Positions 8,008-16,596 of a stretch of DNA of 32,000 nucleotides are shown in pieces (position 1 is the stretch's first letter; the number at the start of each line of letters is the position of its first letter). Origin of the DNA: Mycolicibacterium smegmatis. GTDB lineage: Bacteria > Actinomycetota > Actinomycetes > Mycobacteriales > Mycobacteriaceae. A program made the position numbers and the translations under genes. The notes beneath the pieces are model-generated. The model was not told the origin of the DNA and did no database searches. It worked only from the letters and a program-made list of their open reading frames with translations. The stretch is taken from NCBI RefSeq assembly GCF_001457595.1, contig NZ_LN831039.1, positions 1,470,001 through 1,502,000 on the forward strand. Direction: 5' to 3'.

Positions 8008-9039
8008 GTGGACCAGTCTCAGTTGAACGACCTGTTCCTGCGCCAGCTGACGTTGAGTGCCGTGCGCGAGGGGGAAACTGTCTCGGTACTCACCCGTGGC
8101 CATGAACGCCTCGATTATGCCGACGCGGCATTGTGGGCGGCAGGAAAGCTGGGTGCCAACGTTTTTCATCTTCGGCTGCCCACCGCTCAGGACGCGAGCG
8201 GTGCCTGGGCCGTCGGAGATTCCGGACTGGGGACCAATCCTGTTGCGGTAGAGGCGCTCAAGCAGAGTGACATGTTGATCGACCTGACTTTCTTGCTGTT
8301 CAGCAAGGAACAGTTCGCCATTCAAGACGCTGAGACCCGTATTCTCACCGTGGTCGAACCGGCACCCCTGCTGGCCCGGTTGATGCCCACTCCTGAGCTG
8401 CGCGAGCGGGTCGAGGTGGGTGCGGAATTGCTCGCCAAGGCGCAGACCATGAGGATCACCAGCCCTGGCGGCACCGATGTGGTGTACCAGTTGGGCGTCT
8501 ATCCCACCATGAGCGAGTACGGATACACCGACACCCCGGGACGATGGGACCACTGGCCGGCCGCGTTCGTGTTCAGCGGCGGTGCCGACGACGGCGTGGA
8601 CGGGACGATCGTCCTGAGCCCCGGCGACGTCCTGCTGCCGTTCAACACCTATGTGCAGACCGAGGTCACGTTGACCATCGAGAACGGACTGATCACCGAC
8701 ATCCGCGGCGGTCTGGACGCAAGCTTGTTGTCGAGCTACATCGAATCTTTCGACGATCCACGCGGTTACGGGATGTCACACGTTGGATGGGGCCTCGACG
8801 AACGCGCACACTGGCACGGACTCACCCAGTTCCCCGGTGGCATGGGCATGGAGTTGCGCTCGGTGTACGGCAACGTGATGTTCTCGATCGGTCCCAACAA
8901 CGAACTCGGCGGGCCCAACGACACGCCGTGTCACTTCGACATACCGATGCGAAACTGCACCCTCTATCTCGACGACGAGCCGATCGTCGTCGATGGGGAC
9001 GTGGTGGTTGACGATATGAAGCCGGCCGCACGCCGGTGA
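8008..9039 (+). CDS. nicX: 2,5-dihydroxypyridine 5,6-dioxygenase-like protein (M29/NicX family)
   Basis: 343 aa from GTG preceded by AGGAGG; MDQSQLNDLFLRQLTLSAVREGETVSVLTRGHERLDYADAALWAAGKLGANVFHLRLP..., MSHVGWGLDERAHW, GNVMFSIGPNNELGG; nic gene context. Confidence 0.85.
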   Translation: MDQSQLNDLFLRQLTLSAVREGETVSVLTRGHERLDYADAALWAAGKLGANVFHLRLPTAQDASGAWAVGDSGLGTNPVAVEALKQSDMLIDLTFLLFSKEQFAIQDAETRILTVVEPAPLLARLMPTPELRERVEVGAELLAKAQTMRITSPGGTDVVYQLGVYPTMSEYGYTDTPGRWDHWPAAFVFSGGADDGVDGTIVLSPGDVLLPFNTYVQTEVTLTIENGLITDIRGGLDASLLSSYIESFDDPRGYGMSHVGWGLDERAHWHGLTQFPGGMGMELRSVYGNVMFSIGPNNELGGPNDTPCHFDIPMRNCTLYLDDEPIVVDGDVVVDDMKPAARR

Positions 9040-9076
9040 CGGATCACGCAGTAATCGCACCGGAGGAAACCCTGTC

Positions 9077-9874
9077 ATGACCGATTACCACGTCGGATTG
9101 ATCGTCCCCAGCTCGAATCTCACGATGGAGACCGAGCTTCCACGCATGCTGGCCGCGCGCGAGAACCTGTTTCCCGACGAGCGCTTCATGTTTCACTCCA
9201 GCCGGATGCGCATGAAACATGTCACGCCTGAGCAACTTCGGGCCATGAACGCGCAGACCGAGCGCTGCGCCTCGGAATTGGCCGATGCCGATCCCGACGT
9301 TGTCGCGTCGGCCTGCCTGGTGGCGATCATGGCCCAGGGCCCGAAGTTCCACTGCACCGCCGAAGCCGACATTGCCCGCGCGCTCGCCGCCGGAGGGTCC
9401 GCCGCTCCCGTCGTGTCGAGTGCGGGGGCGCTCCTGAACGGAATCGAGGTGCTGGGTGCGCGTCGCGTGGCGATCATCACGCCATATCTCAAACCGCTGA
9501 CGAAGATGGTCGCCGACTACATCGAAGACGCGGGCGTCGAAGTCGTCGATGCGCTCAGCCTGGAGGTCTCCGACAATCTCGCGGTCGCCCGGCTCGATCC
9601 TGCCGATCTCCGATCCCATTGGCGCAAAGTCGATCTGCGCAATGCCGACGCGCTCGTGCTGTCCGCGTGCGTGCAGATGCCGTCACTCGAAGCGATCGAT
9701 GCGGTGGAGCGAGAGGCCGGGCTTCCCGTGCTGTCGGCGGCAACCGCGACCACCTACACCATCCTCGACAGGCTGGGTCTGGCGCCCGTTGTGCCGTCGG
9801 CGGGCAGGTTGCTCAGCGGCGAACCCCGGTCCAGACAACTGGCCGGGTCGGTGTCCCGCGAGGTCGAGACCTAG
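9077..9874 (+). CDS. nicE: Maleate cis-trans isomerase (Asp/Glu racemase superfamily)
   Basis: 265 aa; MTDYHVGLIVPSSNLTMETELPRML, both Cys motifs present (DVVASACLVAIMAQG and ALVLSACVQMPSLEAID); SD GGAGG. Confidence 0.88.
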   Translation: MTDYHVGLIVPSSNLTMETELPRMLAARENLFPDERFMFHSSRMRMKHVTPEQLRAMNAQTERCASELADADPDVVASACLVAIMAQGPKFHCTAEADIARALAAGGSAAPVVSSAGALLNGIEVLGARRVAIITPYLKPLTKMVADYIEDAGVEVVDALSLEVSDNLAVARLDPADLRSHWRKVDLRNADALVLSACVQMPSLEAIDAVEREAGLPVLSAATATTYTILDRLGLAPVVPSAGRLLSGEPRSRQLAGSVSREVET

Positions 9875-9884
9875 CTCGATCCGG

Positions 9885-11867
9885 TCAGCGTTTCACCACC
9901 ACGTCGCGGTTCGCAATGGTCTGCGTCCGTTTGTACAGCCACAGCATGACGGCGAAGAACGCGACGAGGCCGAAGATCTGCGCGAAGCTGCCGTCGTTGC
10001 CGGAGAAGATCGCCAGCGGGTCCTCGTTGCCGGTACCCGCCACGATGCCCGCGAAGACGACACCGTAGAGGCTCTCGCCGACGATCAGACCGGTCGCCAG
10101 CAGCACGCCGAGACGCTTCTTGCGTTCGACGTCGCCGGTGCGGTACGCCCAGCGGTTGTAGAAGTACCCCATGATCGCGCCGATCGGGATGATCAGCGTC
10201 AGGCTCATCGGCAGGTACATACCCATGCCGACCGCCAGCGGCGGCAGGCCGAACCGTGATGTGCGGATGAGAATTTCGTCGATGATCACCACCACGACGC
10301 CGATCGCGGCGCCCAGCCCGATCAACGACCAGTCCAGCGAGCCGCCGAACACACCCTTGGCCAGCGACGAGATCAGCGCGGCCTGCGGTGCGGCGAGCGC
10401 GTTCTCGGTGGCACCAGGCGCGCCGAGGAACCCGAACGCGGTCTGCATCAGATCGAGCACCGGCGGGATGATGGCCGACCCGAACAGCACGCCGATCACC
10501 AACGCCACCTGCTGCTTCCACGGCGTGGCACCGACCAGCTGACCGGTCTTGAGGTCCTGCAGGTTGTCGTTGGAGATGGTGGCCACGCCGAACGTGACGG
10601 CCGCCGCGAACAGCGTGAACGCCACCAGCGCGGTGGAGCTGGTGTCGTCGGTGGGGCCGTACACGAACTTGATCATCAGCGCCGCGACCACCACGGTGAG
10701 GATGCCGACGCCGGAGATCGGGCTGTTCGAGGACCCGATCAGACCGGCCATGTACCCGCACACCGCGGCGATCACACCGCCGACGACGAAGATGAACACC
10801 AGGCTCGCGGCGATGATCGCGGCCGACTTGCCCTGCAACGCGGTCCCCAGACTGAAGTCCCACATGAGCAACCCGATCGGGATGAGCATCACCACGATCG
10901 TCGCGATCACGATGGGGAACGGGATGTCGCGCTGGGTGATGTCGACAAGTTGGCCCTCGCGGCGCTCGCGGGCCGACACCAGCGCCTCGGTGATGCCCTT
11001 GACGATCGGGCGCAGGATCTTCAGCAGCGTCGACACCGCGCCCACCGCGATCGCGCCGGCACCCACGAACCGCACCTCGTTGGCGAACGCACTGGAGATG
11101 ACGTCGGCGACGGATTCACTGCCCGCGAAATCGCCGATGGTGCGGAACGGCAGGATGATTCCGAACGAGATCACCAGGCCGACGAGCATCGCGATGCCGA
11201 CGGTCATGCCCACCAGATGTCCGACACCGATCAACGCGAACGACAGGCTCGCACCGAACATCGATCCGCCCGCGCCGACGCGGAAGTACGCGGTGATCGA
11301 ATTGGCCAGCACCTTCAGATTGGCGAGCAGTGCGAACGCGACCGACACGATCGAGCCGAACGTGATGATCCGCAGACCGATCCGGTTGTCCTCGGCACCC
11401 TCGGTGCGCTCACCGACCTTGAGCACCTCGGCGGCCGCGACGCCTTCGGGGTAGGGCAGGTCCGATCCGGTCACCAGCGCGCGGCGCAGCGGGATCGAAT
11501 ACATCACGCCGAGGATGCCGCCGACGGCGCAGACCGCGACGGTGATCCAGTACGGGAACCCGGTCCACCAGCCGATCATCACCAGGCCGGGCAGCACGAA
11601 GATGATCGCCGACAACGTGCCCGCGGCCGACGCCACGGTCTGCACGATGTTGTTCTCCACGATCGAGTGGTCGCGGAAGTTGCGCAGGATCGCCATCGAG
11701 ATCACCGCCGCCGGGATCGCCGTGGCGAATGTCAGCCCGACCTTGAGTCCCAGGTACACGTTGGCGGCGGTGAACACCAGCGTGATCGCCCCGCCGAGCA
11801 GGATGCCCCGGACGGTCAGTTCGCGCAGCGTCGGGGTGGCGGGGGTTGCAGTGCTTTCCGAGGTCAC
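9885..11867 (-). CDS. OPT-family oligopeptide/metal transporter
   Basis: 660 aa; LRELTVRGILLGGAITLVFTAANVYLGLKVGLTFATAIPAAVISMAILR, VVTVQ/NNIVQTVASAAGTLSAIIFVLPGL, SDLPYPEGVAAAEVLKVGE (typical OPT motifs). Confidence 0.95.
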   Translation of the reverse strand: MTSESTATPATPTLRELTVRGILLGGAITLVFTAANVYLGLKVGLTFATAIPAAVISMAILRNFRDHSIVENNIVQTVASAAGTLSAIIFVLPGLVMIGWWTGFPYWITVAVCAVGGILGVMYSIPLRRALVTGSDLPYPEGVAAAEVLKVGERTEGAEDNRIGLRIITFGSIVSVAFALLANLKVLANSITAYFRVGAGGSMFGASLSFALIGVGHLVGMTVGIAMLVGLVISFGIILPFRTIGDFAGSESVADVISSAFANEVRFVGAGAIAVGAVSTLLKILRPIVKGITEALVSARERREGQLVDITQRDIPFPIVIATIVVMLIPIGLLMWDFSLGTALQGKSAAIIAASLVFIFVVGGVIAAVCGYMAGLIGSSNSPISGVGILTVVVAALMIKFVYGPTDDTSSTALVAFTLFAAAVTFGVATISNDNLQDLKTGQLVGATPWKQQVALVIGVLFGSAIIPPVLDLMQTAFGFLGAPGATENALAAPQAALISSLAKGVFGGSLDWSLIGLGAAIGVVVVIIDEILIRTSRFGLPPLAVGMGMYLPMSLTLIIPIGAIMGYFYNRWAYRTGDVERKKRLGVLLATGLIVGESLYGVVFAGIVAGTGNEDPLAIFSGNDGSFAQIFGLVAFFAVMLWLYKRTQTIANRDVVVKR

Positions 11868-12023
11868 CTCGGGATTTCCTTCCGATGGACGGCAGGCCGA
11901 CGCGTCCCGCCGGCCAGGTGCTTCTACACGTTAGGCCCCGAACCTGGGGATCGTGGGCAGGATCAAGCCGTTTTTGTCGGTGCCCGGTGTCATTCTGAGC
12001 GGCTCTCGAGAAAAGGAGTCGTC

Positions 12024-12620
12024 ATGACCGCACCCAACATCCCTGCCGCCGGCTGGTACCCCGACCCCAGTGGTCAGCCCGGTCAGCGCTATCACGACGG
12101 ACGCCGGTGGACCCAGCATTTCGTGCCGACACCGCCACCCGCACCCGCCGCGCCGCCACCTGCCCCGGTCGCGGTGGCCGTCGCGACCGGCGGTGGGCCC
12201 AGCCACGGCCTGCACGCCGTGCTGACCCTGCTGACCTGCGGAATGTGGTTGCCGATCTGGATCCTGGTGGCGATCTTCGGCGGCGGGGGGACCTCGGCCG
12301 TGGCGGTCAGCGGGGCGGGCGTGGTGCGGACGGCCAACCGCAGGCCGGCCATGGTGGTCGCCGCGGTGATCGGCGGGCTGTTCCTGCTCGGGCTCGTCGG
12401 CCAACATCCTTGGCTGCTGGTTGTTTTCGGTGTGCTCGGTGTGGTGGCGGGTTTCGGTGTGTGGTTGCTGAAGTCCGCGCAGCGACGCGACGAGCATCAA
12501 CGGGCCGAGCAGTTCCATCGCGATATGCTCGCGCAGCGTGCCGAGGATGAGGACCAGCTGTACCAGCAGGGCGATCCGCGGGGAGTTCACGGGCGCTACA
12601 TGCCACCCCCGACACCGTGA
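12024..12620 (+). CDS. DUF2510 domain membrane protein
   Basis: N-terminal AGWYPDPSGQPGQRYHDGRRWTQH (DUF2510), Pro-rich linker, two hydrophobic segments; ATG at 12024 with AAAAGGAG 5' of it. Confidence 0.88.
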   Translation: MTAPNIPAAGWYPDPSGQPGQRYHDGRRWTQHFVPTPPPAPAAPPPAPVAVAVATGGGPSHGLHAVLTLLTCGMWLPIWILVAIFGGGGTSAVAVSGAGVVRTANRRPAMVVAAVIGGLFLLGLVGQHPWLLVVFGVLGVVAGFGVWLLKSAQRRDEHQRAEQFHRDMLAQRAEDEDQLYQQGDPRGVHGRYMPPPTP

Positions 12621-12729
12621 GCGGGACCGCAACGAACCCGTCGCTGCCCGTTCACCTGTAGGTCCCCATCCGCTCACCTGCCCACGCCAAGCTCTTGCGC
12701 GACCTTGGCACAACTGAAAAGGGTGACGA

Positions 12730-15072
12730 ATGACCTGGATGAGCCAGTCGACAGCGCGGGCTGCAACGTTGACGACGCTGGTGGCACTGATCGCGGCGGG
12801 GTGCGCGACCGAGAAGGAGCCGTCGCGCGACGATGCGGCGCCGGGCCCGCGTGCCATCTCGCCCATCGACTGGAACCTGCCGGCGGCCGACCGCTACCAC
12901 CGCACCGCGACCTACCCGGTGTTCCTCAACCGGCCGGCCGAGGATCCCGTCGACGCCGAGACCGTCGCGGAAATCTCGACCGTCACGCCGGACGGCAACA
13001 CGCTGATCTACACCGACGCCGCCGCCAAGCGCATCGGATTCGTCGACATCACCGATGCGGCGAAACCGGTTGGCAAGGGCACGCTCTCGCTCAAGGAGCT
13101 GGGACATCAGGACGACCAGCCCACCTCGGTGGCCGCAGTCGGTGAGTTCGTGCTCGTCGTCGTCGACACCACGGGCGGCGACTTCCCGCACCCGTCGGGA
13201 CGCGTCGACATCGTCCGCGTCGCCGACCGCACGCGCGTGCACAGCATCGACCTGGGCGGGCAACCGGATTCGATCGCGATCAGCCCCGACGGGACATTCG
13301 CCGCGATCGCCATGGAGAACCAGCGCGACGAGGAGTTCACCCCACCCGGCGGTGAGGAAGGTGACCTGCCGCAGCCACCAACAGGTTTCGTGCAGCTCAT
13401 CGACCTTGCCGGTGCGCCGAACACATGGACGCCGCGACGGGTCGACTTCGACGTCGAAGCAGCGCGCGCCGCGGGACTCGACACGCCCGAGGACTTGGAG
13501 CCCGAGTACGTCAGCATCAACTCCCGCGGTCAGGTCGCGGTGACGCTGCAGGAGAACAACGGCATCGCGATCATCGACGGTGCCACCGGTGACGTCATCA
13601 AGATCTTCAGTGCGGGAAGCGAATCCGTCGAGGGCATCGACACCGCCGAGGACGACACCATCGACCAGACCGGATCGATCCCCGAGACACCCCGCGAACC
13701 CGACGCCATCGGCTGGATCGACGACACCCATGTGGCCACGGCCAACGAGGGGGACTGGAAGGGTGGCACGCGCGGCTGGACCATCTTCGACGCCACCACG
13801 GGCGACGTGGTGTGGGACGCCGGCAACACATTCGAACAGCTCGCGGTGCGCACCGGCCTGCACATCGAGAGCCGCGCCGAATCGAAAGGCCCTGAGCCAG
13901 AAGGGCTGGCGATCACCGACCTCGGCGGTCGCCGTACCGCGCTGATCGCCTCGGAGCGCAGCAATTTCGTCGCGGTCTACGACGTCACAGATCCGAGTTC
14001 GCCGGTGTTCCGCCAGATCCTGCCCACCACACCGGGGCCCGAGGGCATCCTGCCGATCCCGTCGCGCAACCTGCTGGCGATCTCGTCGGAGACCGATGAC
14101 GCCGAAAACCGTGTGCGCGCTTCGGTGAGCGTGTACGGCTTCGGTGAGCAGTACGCGAAGGTCGGTGGTAAGCCGTCGTTCCCGTCGATCGTGTCCGGCG
14201 ACATCGACAACGTCCCGATCGGCTGGGGCGCACTCGGCGCGCTGTCGGCGGATCCGAAGAATCCCGACCGGCTGTACACCGCCACGGACAACGCCTACGG
14301 CCCGGCCCGCGTTCTCGGCATCGACACAGCGCAGACCCCCGCGCTGATCGACACCGAGTTGGCGGTCACCGAGGACGGCAAGCCCGTCACACTCGACACG
14401 GAGGGTGTGGCTGCCCGGCCCGACGGCGGATTCGTGCTCGCGGTGGAAGGTGAGGAAGGCCCCGCGAATGAACTCGTGTTCGTCGACGCGAGGGGAAGCA
14501 TCGAGAAGCGCGTGAAACTTCCCGCCGATGTCGCCGCGCAGCTCGGCGGGCAGGGCCTGGAGGGCGTGGCCGTCGACGGGGACGCGGTGTGGGTGGCGCT
14601 GCAGCGTGAACTCAAGAGCGACCCCAAGGGTGTGGTGCGCATCGGGCGCTACACCCCCGAGGGCGACCGGTGGGAGTGGTACGGCTATCCGCTGGAGACG
14701 ACCTCGGTCGACGACGATTGGATCGGTCTGTCCGAGCTCACGGTCCACGACGGTCAGCTGCTGGTACTCGAACGCGACAAGCTCAACGGCCCTGACGCAC
14801 GCGTCAAATCCCTGTATCGGGTGGCCATTCCGGACGGGGACGGTGTGACGTCGGCCGGCGAAGTACCGAGGGTGCTGCAGAAGACGCTCGCGCGCGACCT
14901 GCTACCTGACCTTCAGGCCACACACGGCTACGTGCAGGAGAAAGTGGAGGGCGTGACCGTCGGCGGCAACGGCAACCTGTACGTCATCACCGACAACGAC
15001 GGACTCGACGACGCCAACGGCGAGACGGTGTTCCTCGATCTCGGGCCGGCCTCGGAGGCACTCGACGGGTAG
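12730..15072 (+). CDS. Secreted lipoprotein with beta-propeller-like region and esterase/phytase-like C-terminal domain
   Basis: 780 aa; signal with lipobox LIAAGC; LVIVD/YVTN-like repeats (YTDAAAKRIGFVDITDAAKPVG; VQLIDLAGAPNTWTPRRVDF); C-terminal LEGVAVDGDAVWVALQRE... IGLSELTVHDGQLLVLERDKLNG. Confidence 0.85.
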   Translation: MTWMSQSTARAATLTTLVALIAAGCATEKEPSRDDAAPGPRAISPIDWNLPAADRYHRTATYPVFLNRPAEDPVDAETVAEISTVTPDGNTLIYTDAAAKRIGFVDITDAAKPVGKGTLSLKELGHQDDQPTSVAAVGEFVLVVVDTTGGDFPHPSGRVDIVRVADRTRVHSIDLGGQPDSIAISPDGTFAAIAMENQRDEEFTPPGGEEGDLPQPPTGFVQLIDLAGAPNTWTPRRVDFDVEAARAAGLDTPEDLEPEYVSINSRGQVAVTLQENNGIAIIDGATGDVIKIFSAGSESVEGIDTAEDDTIDQTGSIPETPREPDAIGWIDDTHVATANEGDWKGGTRGWTIFDATTGDVVWDAGNTFEQLAVRTGLHIESRAESKGPEPEGLAITDLGGRRTALIASERSNFVAVYDVTDPSSPVFRQILPTTPGPEGILPIPSRNLLAISSETDDAENRVRASVSVYGFGEQYAKVGGKPSFPSIVSGDIDNVPIGWGALGALSADPKNPDRLYTATDNAYGPARVLGIDTAQTPALIDTELAVTEDGKPVTLDTEGVAARPDGGFVLAVEGEEGPANELVFVDARGSIEKRVKLPADVAAQLGGQGLEGVAVDGDAVWVALQRELKSDPKGVVRIGRYTPEGDRWEWYGYPLETTSVDDDWIGLSELTVHDGQLLVLERDKLNGPDARVKSLYRVAIPDGDGVTSAGEVPRVLQKTLARDLLPDLQATHGYVQEKVEGVTVGGNGNLYVITDNDGLDDANGETVFLDLGPASEALDG

Positions 15073-15080
15073 ATCCCGTT

Positions 15081-16031
15081 GTGAGCGGCGCTCGTAGTGG
15101 GTATGCGGACGCCATCATGGATGTCTACAACGTCGCCTTCGAATGGACCGACACCAACCGGCACTGGTTCATCGAGGTCCCGATCCGGATCACCGCCTAC
15201 ATCGTCATCGTGCTCATCGCGCGGTACGTGCTGCACCGGTTGATCGACCGTGCCACCACGGGCCGGTCCCACCAGGAACGCGAGGAGGGCAAGCCGCCCA
15301 GCCGACGGCCACCGCTGCTGCGGTATCTGCGTGAGCGGGCCCCCGCGGCCGCGTCGAGTTCACAGACCGCGAAGCGGCGTCAGCAGCGCGCGCAGACGAT
15401 CGGTTCGGTGCTCAAGTCCACGGTGTCGATCGTGCTGCTCGGGTGGATGGTGCTGGGCGTGCTCAGCGTGCTCGGTGTCAACATCGCGCCGTTGATCGCC
15501 TCGGCGGGTGTCGCCGGTGTGGCGATCGGTTTCGGTGCGCAGAACCTGGTGCGAGATTTCGTCACGGGCATGTTCATGCTGTTGGAGGACCAGTACGGCG
15601 TGGGCGACACCGTCGATCTGGGTGCTGCGGTGGGCCAGGTGGAAAGCGTCGGCCTGCGCATCACCACACTGCGCGACATCGACGGCACGCTCTGGTACGT
15701 CCGCAACGGTGAGATCGCGCGCGTCGGCAACATGAGCCAGGACTACGCCGTCGCGCGCGTCGAGGTGCCCGTCGCGGTGACCACCGACCTCAACCGCGCC
15801 GAGGAGATCGCACTGCAGGCCGCCGAAGAAGCGCTCGCCGACCCCAAGGTGTCCGACAAGACCCTCGGCGAACCCGAGATGCTGGGCGTGCAAGACTTTT
15901 CGGCCGATCACGTCACGCTGCGGATGACCGTGAAGACCCGGCCCAACGCGCAGTGGTCGGTGCAGCGACGGCTACGTCGCGAGATCCTGCGTGCGTACGA
16001 CGAACACGAGATCTACGCGCCGAACGCCTAG
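15081..16031 (+). CDS. Mechanosensitive ion channel (MscS) family protein
   Basis: 316 aa; IGSVLKSTVSIVLLGWMVLGVLSVLGVNIAPLIASAGVAGVAIGFGAQNLVRDFVTGMFMLLEDQYGVGDTV. GTG at 15081, alternative ATG at 15117. Confidence 0.93.
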   Translation: MSGARSGYADAIMDVYNVAFEWTDTNRHWFIEVPIRITAYIVIVLIARYVLHRLIDRATTGRSHQEREEGKPPSRRPPLLRYLRERAPAAASSSQTAKRRQQRAQTIGSVLKSTVSIVLLGWMVLGVLSVLGVNIAPLIASAGVAGVAIGFGAQNLVRDFVTGMFMLLEDQYGVGDTVDLGAAVGQVESVGLRITTLRDIDGTLWYVRNGEIARVGNMSQDYAVARVEVPVAVTTDLNRAEEIALQAAEEALADPKVSDKTLGEPEMLGVQDFSADHVTLRMTVKTRPNAQWSVQRRLRREILRAYDEHEIYAPNA

Positions 16032-16120
16032 CCCGCGAGGACGGAGCGGGGGATCGCGATCGACGGACCGCCGGGGTCGACCACCAGGCCGCTGTATCCG
16101 CTCTGCAGCACCATGTCGGA

Positions 16121-16143
16121 AGTCCGATATCACCGGTGATTTC
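16121..16143 (+). repeat. Left copy of palindrome-centred direct repeat AGTCCGATATCACCGGTGATTTC
   Basis: 21/23 identical to 16547-16569; core CGATATCACCGGTGAT exact (16 bp). Confidence 0.85.
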
Positions 16144-16152
16144 AGTGGGGAA

Positions 16153-16515
16153 CTAGACGACGAACGCCAGCCAGAAGCCGATGGGAATCATCGCGAGATA
16201 GGACAGGACGCCGACCGGCAGGCCGAACAGGGGCGAGCGTTTGAAGTGATTGGCCACCCCTGCCGCCACGACAGCCGTGACTCCGCCGGCTGCCAGGGAC
16301 ATCCACGGGATGAAGACGAGCACGTTCTGGCCATGGCCGGACAGCTGGCACACACGGTCGGTGGTTCCCTCATGGCAGGCGTCGGTCGCCATGGCGAGCG
16401 GCAGCATCGCCACCACGGCGACGGCGAAGCCGACGAACAGCATTGCGATGAGAACAGCCGCGAACCATCCCCAGTGCTTGTTACCGGGTGCGCGTCGTTC
16501 GGTCGGCTCGGCCAT
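16153..16515 (-). CDS. Small multi-TM membrane protein of unknown function
   Basis: 120 aa MAEPTERRAPGNKHWGWFAAVLIAMLFVGFAVAVVAMLPLAM...; several hydrophobic segments. Confidence 0.8.
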   Translation of the reverse strand: MAEPTERRAPGNKHWGWFAAVLIAMLFVGFAVAVVAMLPLAMATDACHEGTTDRVCQLSGHGQNVLVFIPWMSLAAGGVTAVVAAGVANHFKRSPLFGLPVGVLSYLAMIPIGFWLAFVV

Positions 16516-16546
16516 CGGGTGTCACGGTAGATGCAGTCTCTTCGAC

Positions 16547-16574
16547 AGTGCGATATCACCGGTGATATCGCACT
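16547..16574. repeat. 28-bp perfect palindrome AGTGCGATATCACCGGTGATATCGCACT
   Basis: Read directly; symmetric about 16560/16561; 31 bp upstream of the small membrane protein start and between it and prfC. Confidence 0.93.
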
Positions 16575-16596
16575 TTCGATGCATATGTGTGCTCCC

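Noticed and set aside
7105-8553. 482-aa minus-strand ORF over marR/nicX region
   Set aside because: Covers marR in another frame and is antisense to nicX; composition is shadow-like.
10950-12620. 556-aa plus-strand ORF spanning OPT antisense and the DUF2510 gene
   Set aside because: Only the part from ATG 12024 is protein-like; the upstream extension is antisense OPT noise.
12652-14748. 698-aa minus-strand ORF
   Set aside because: Antisense shadow of the lipoprotein gene 12730-15072.
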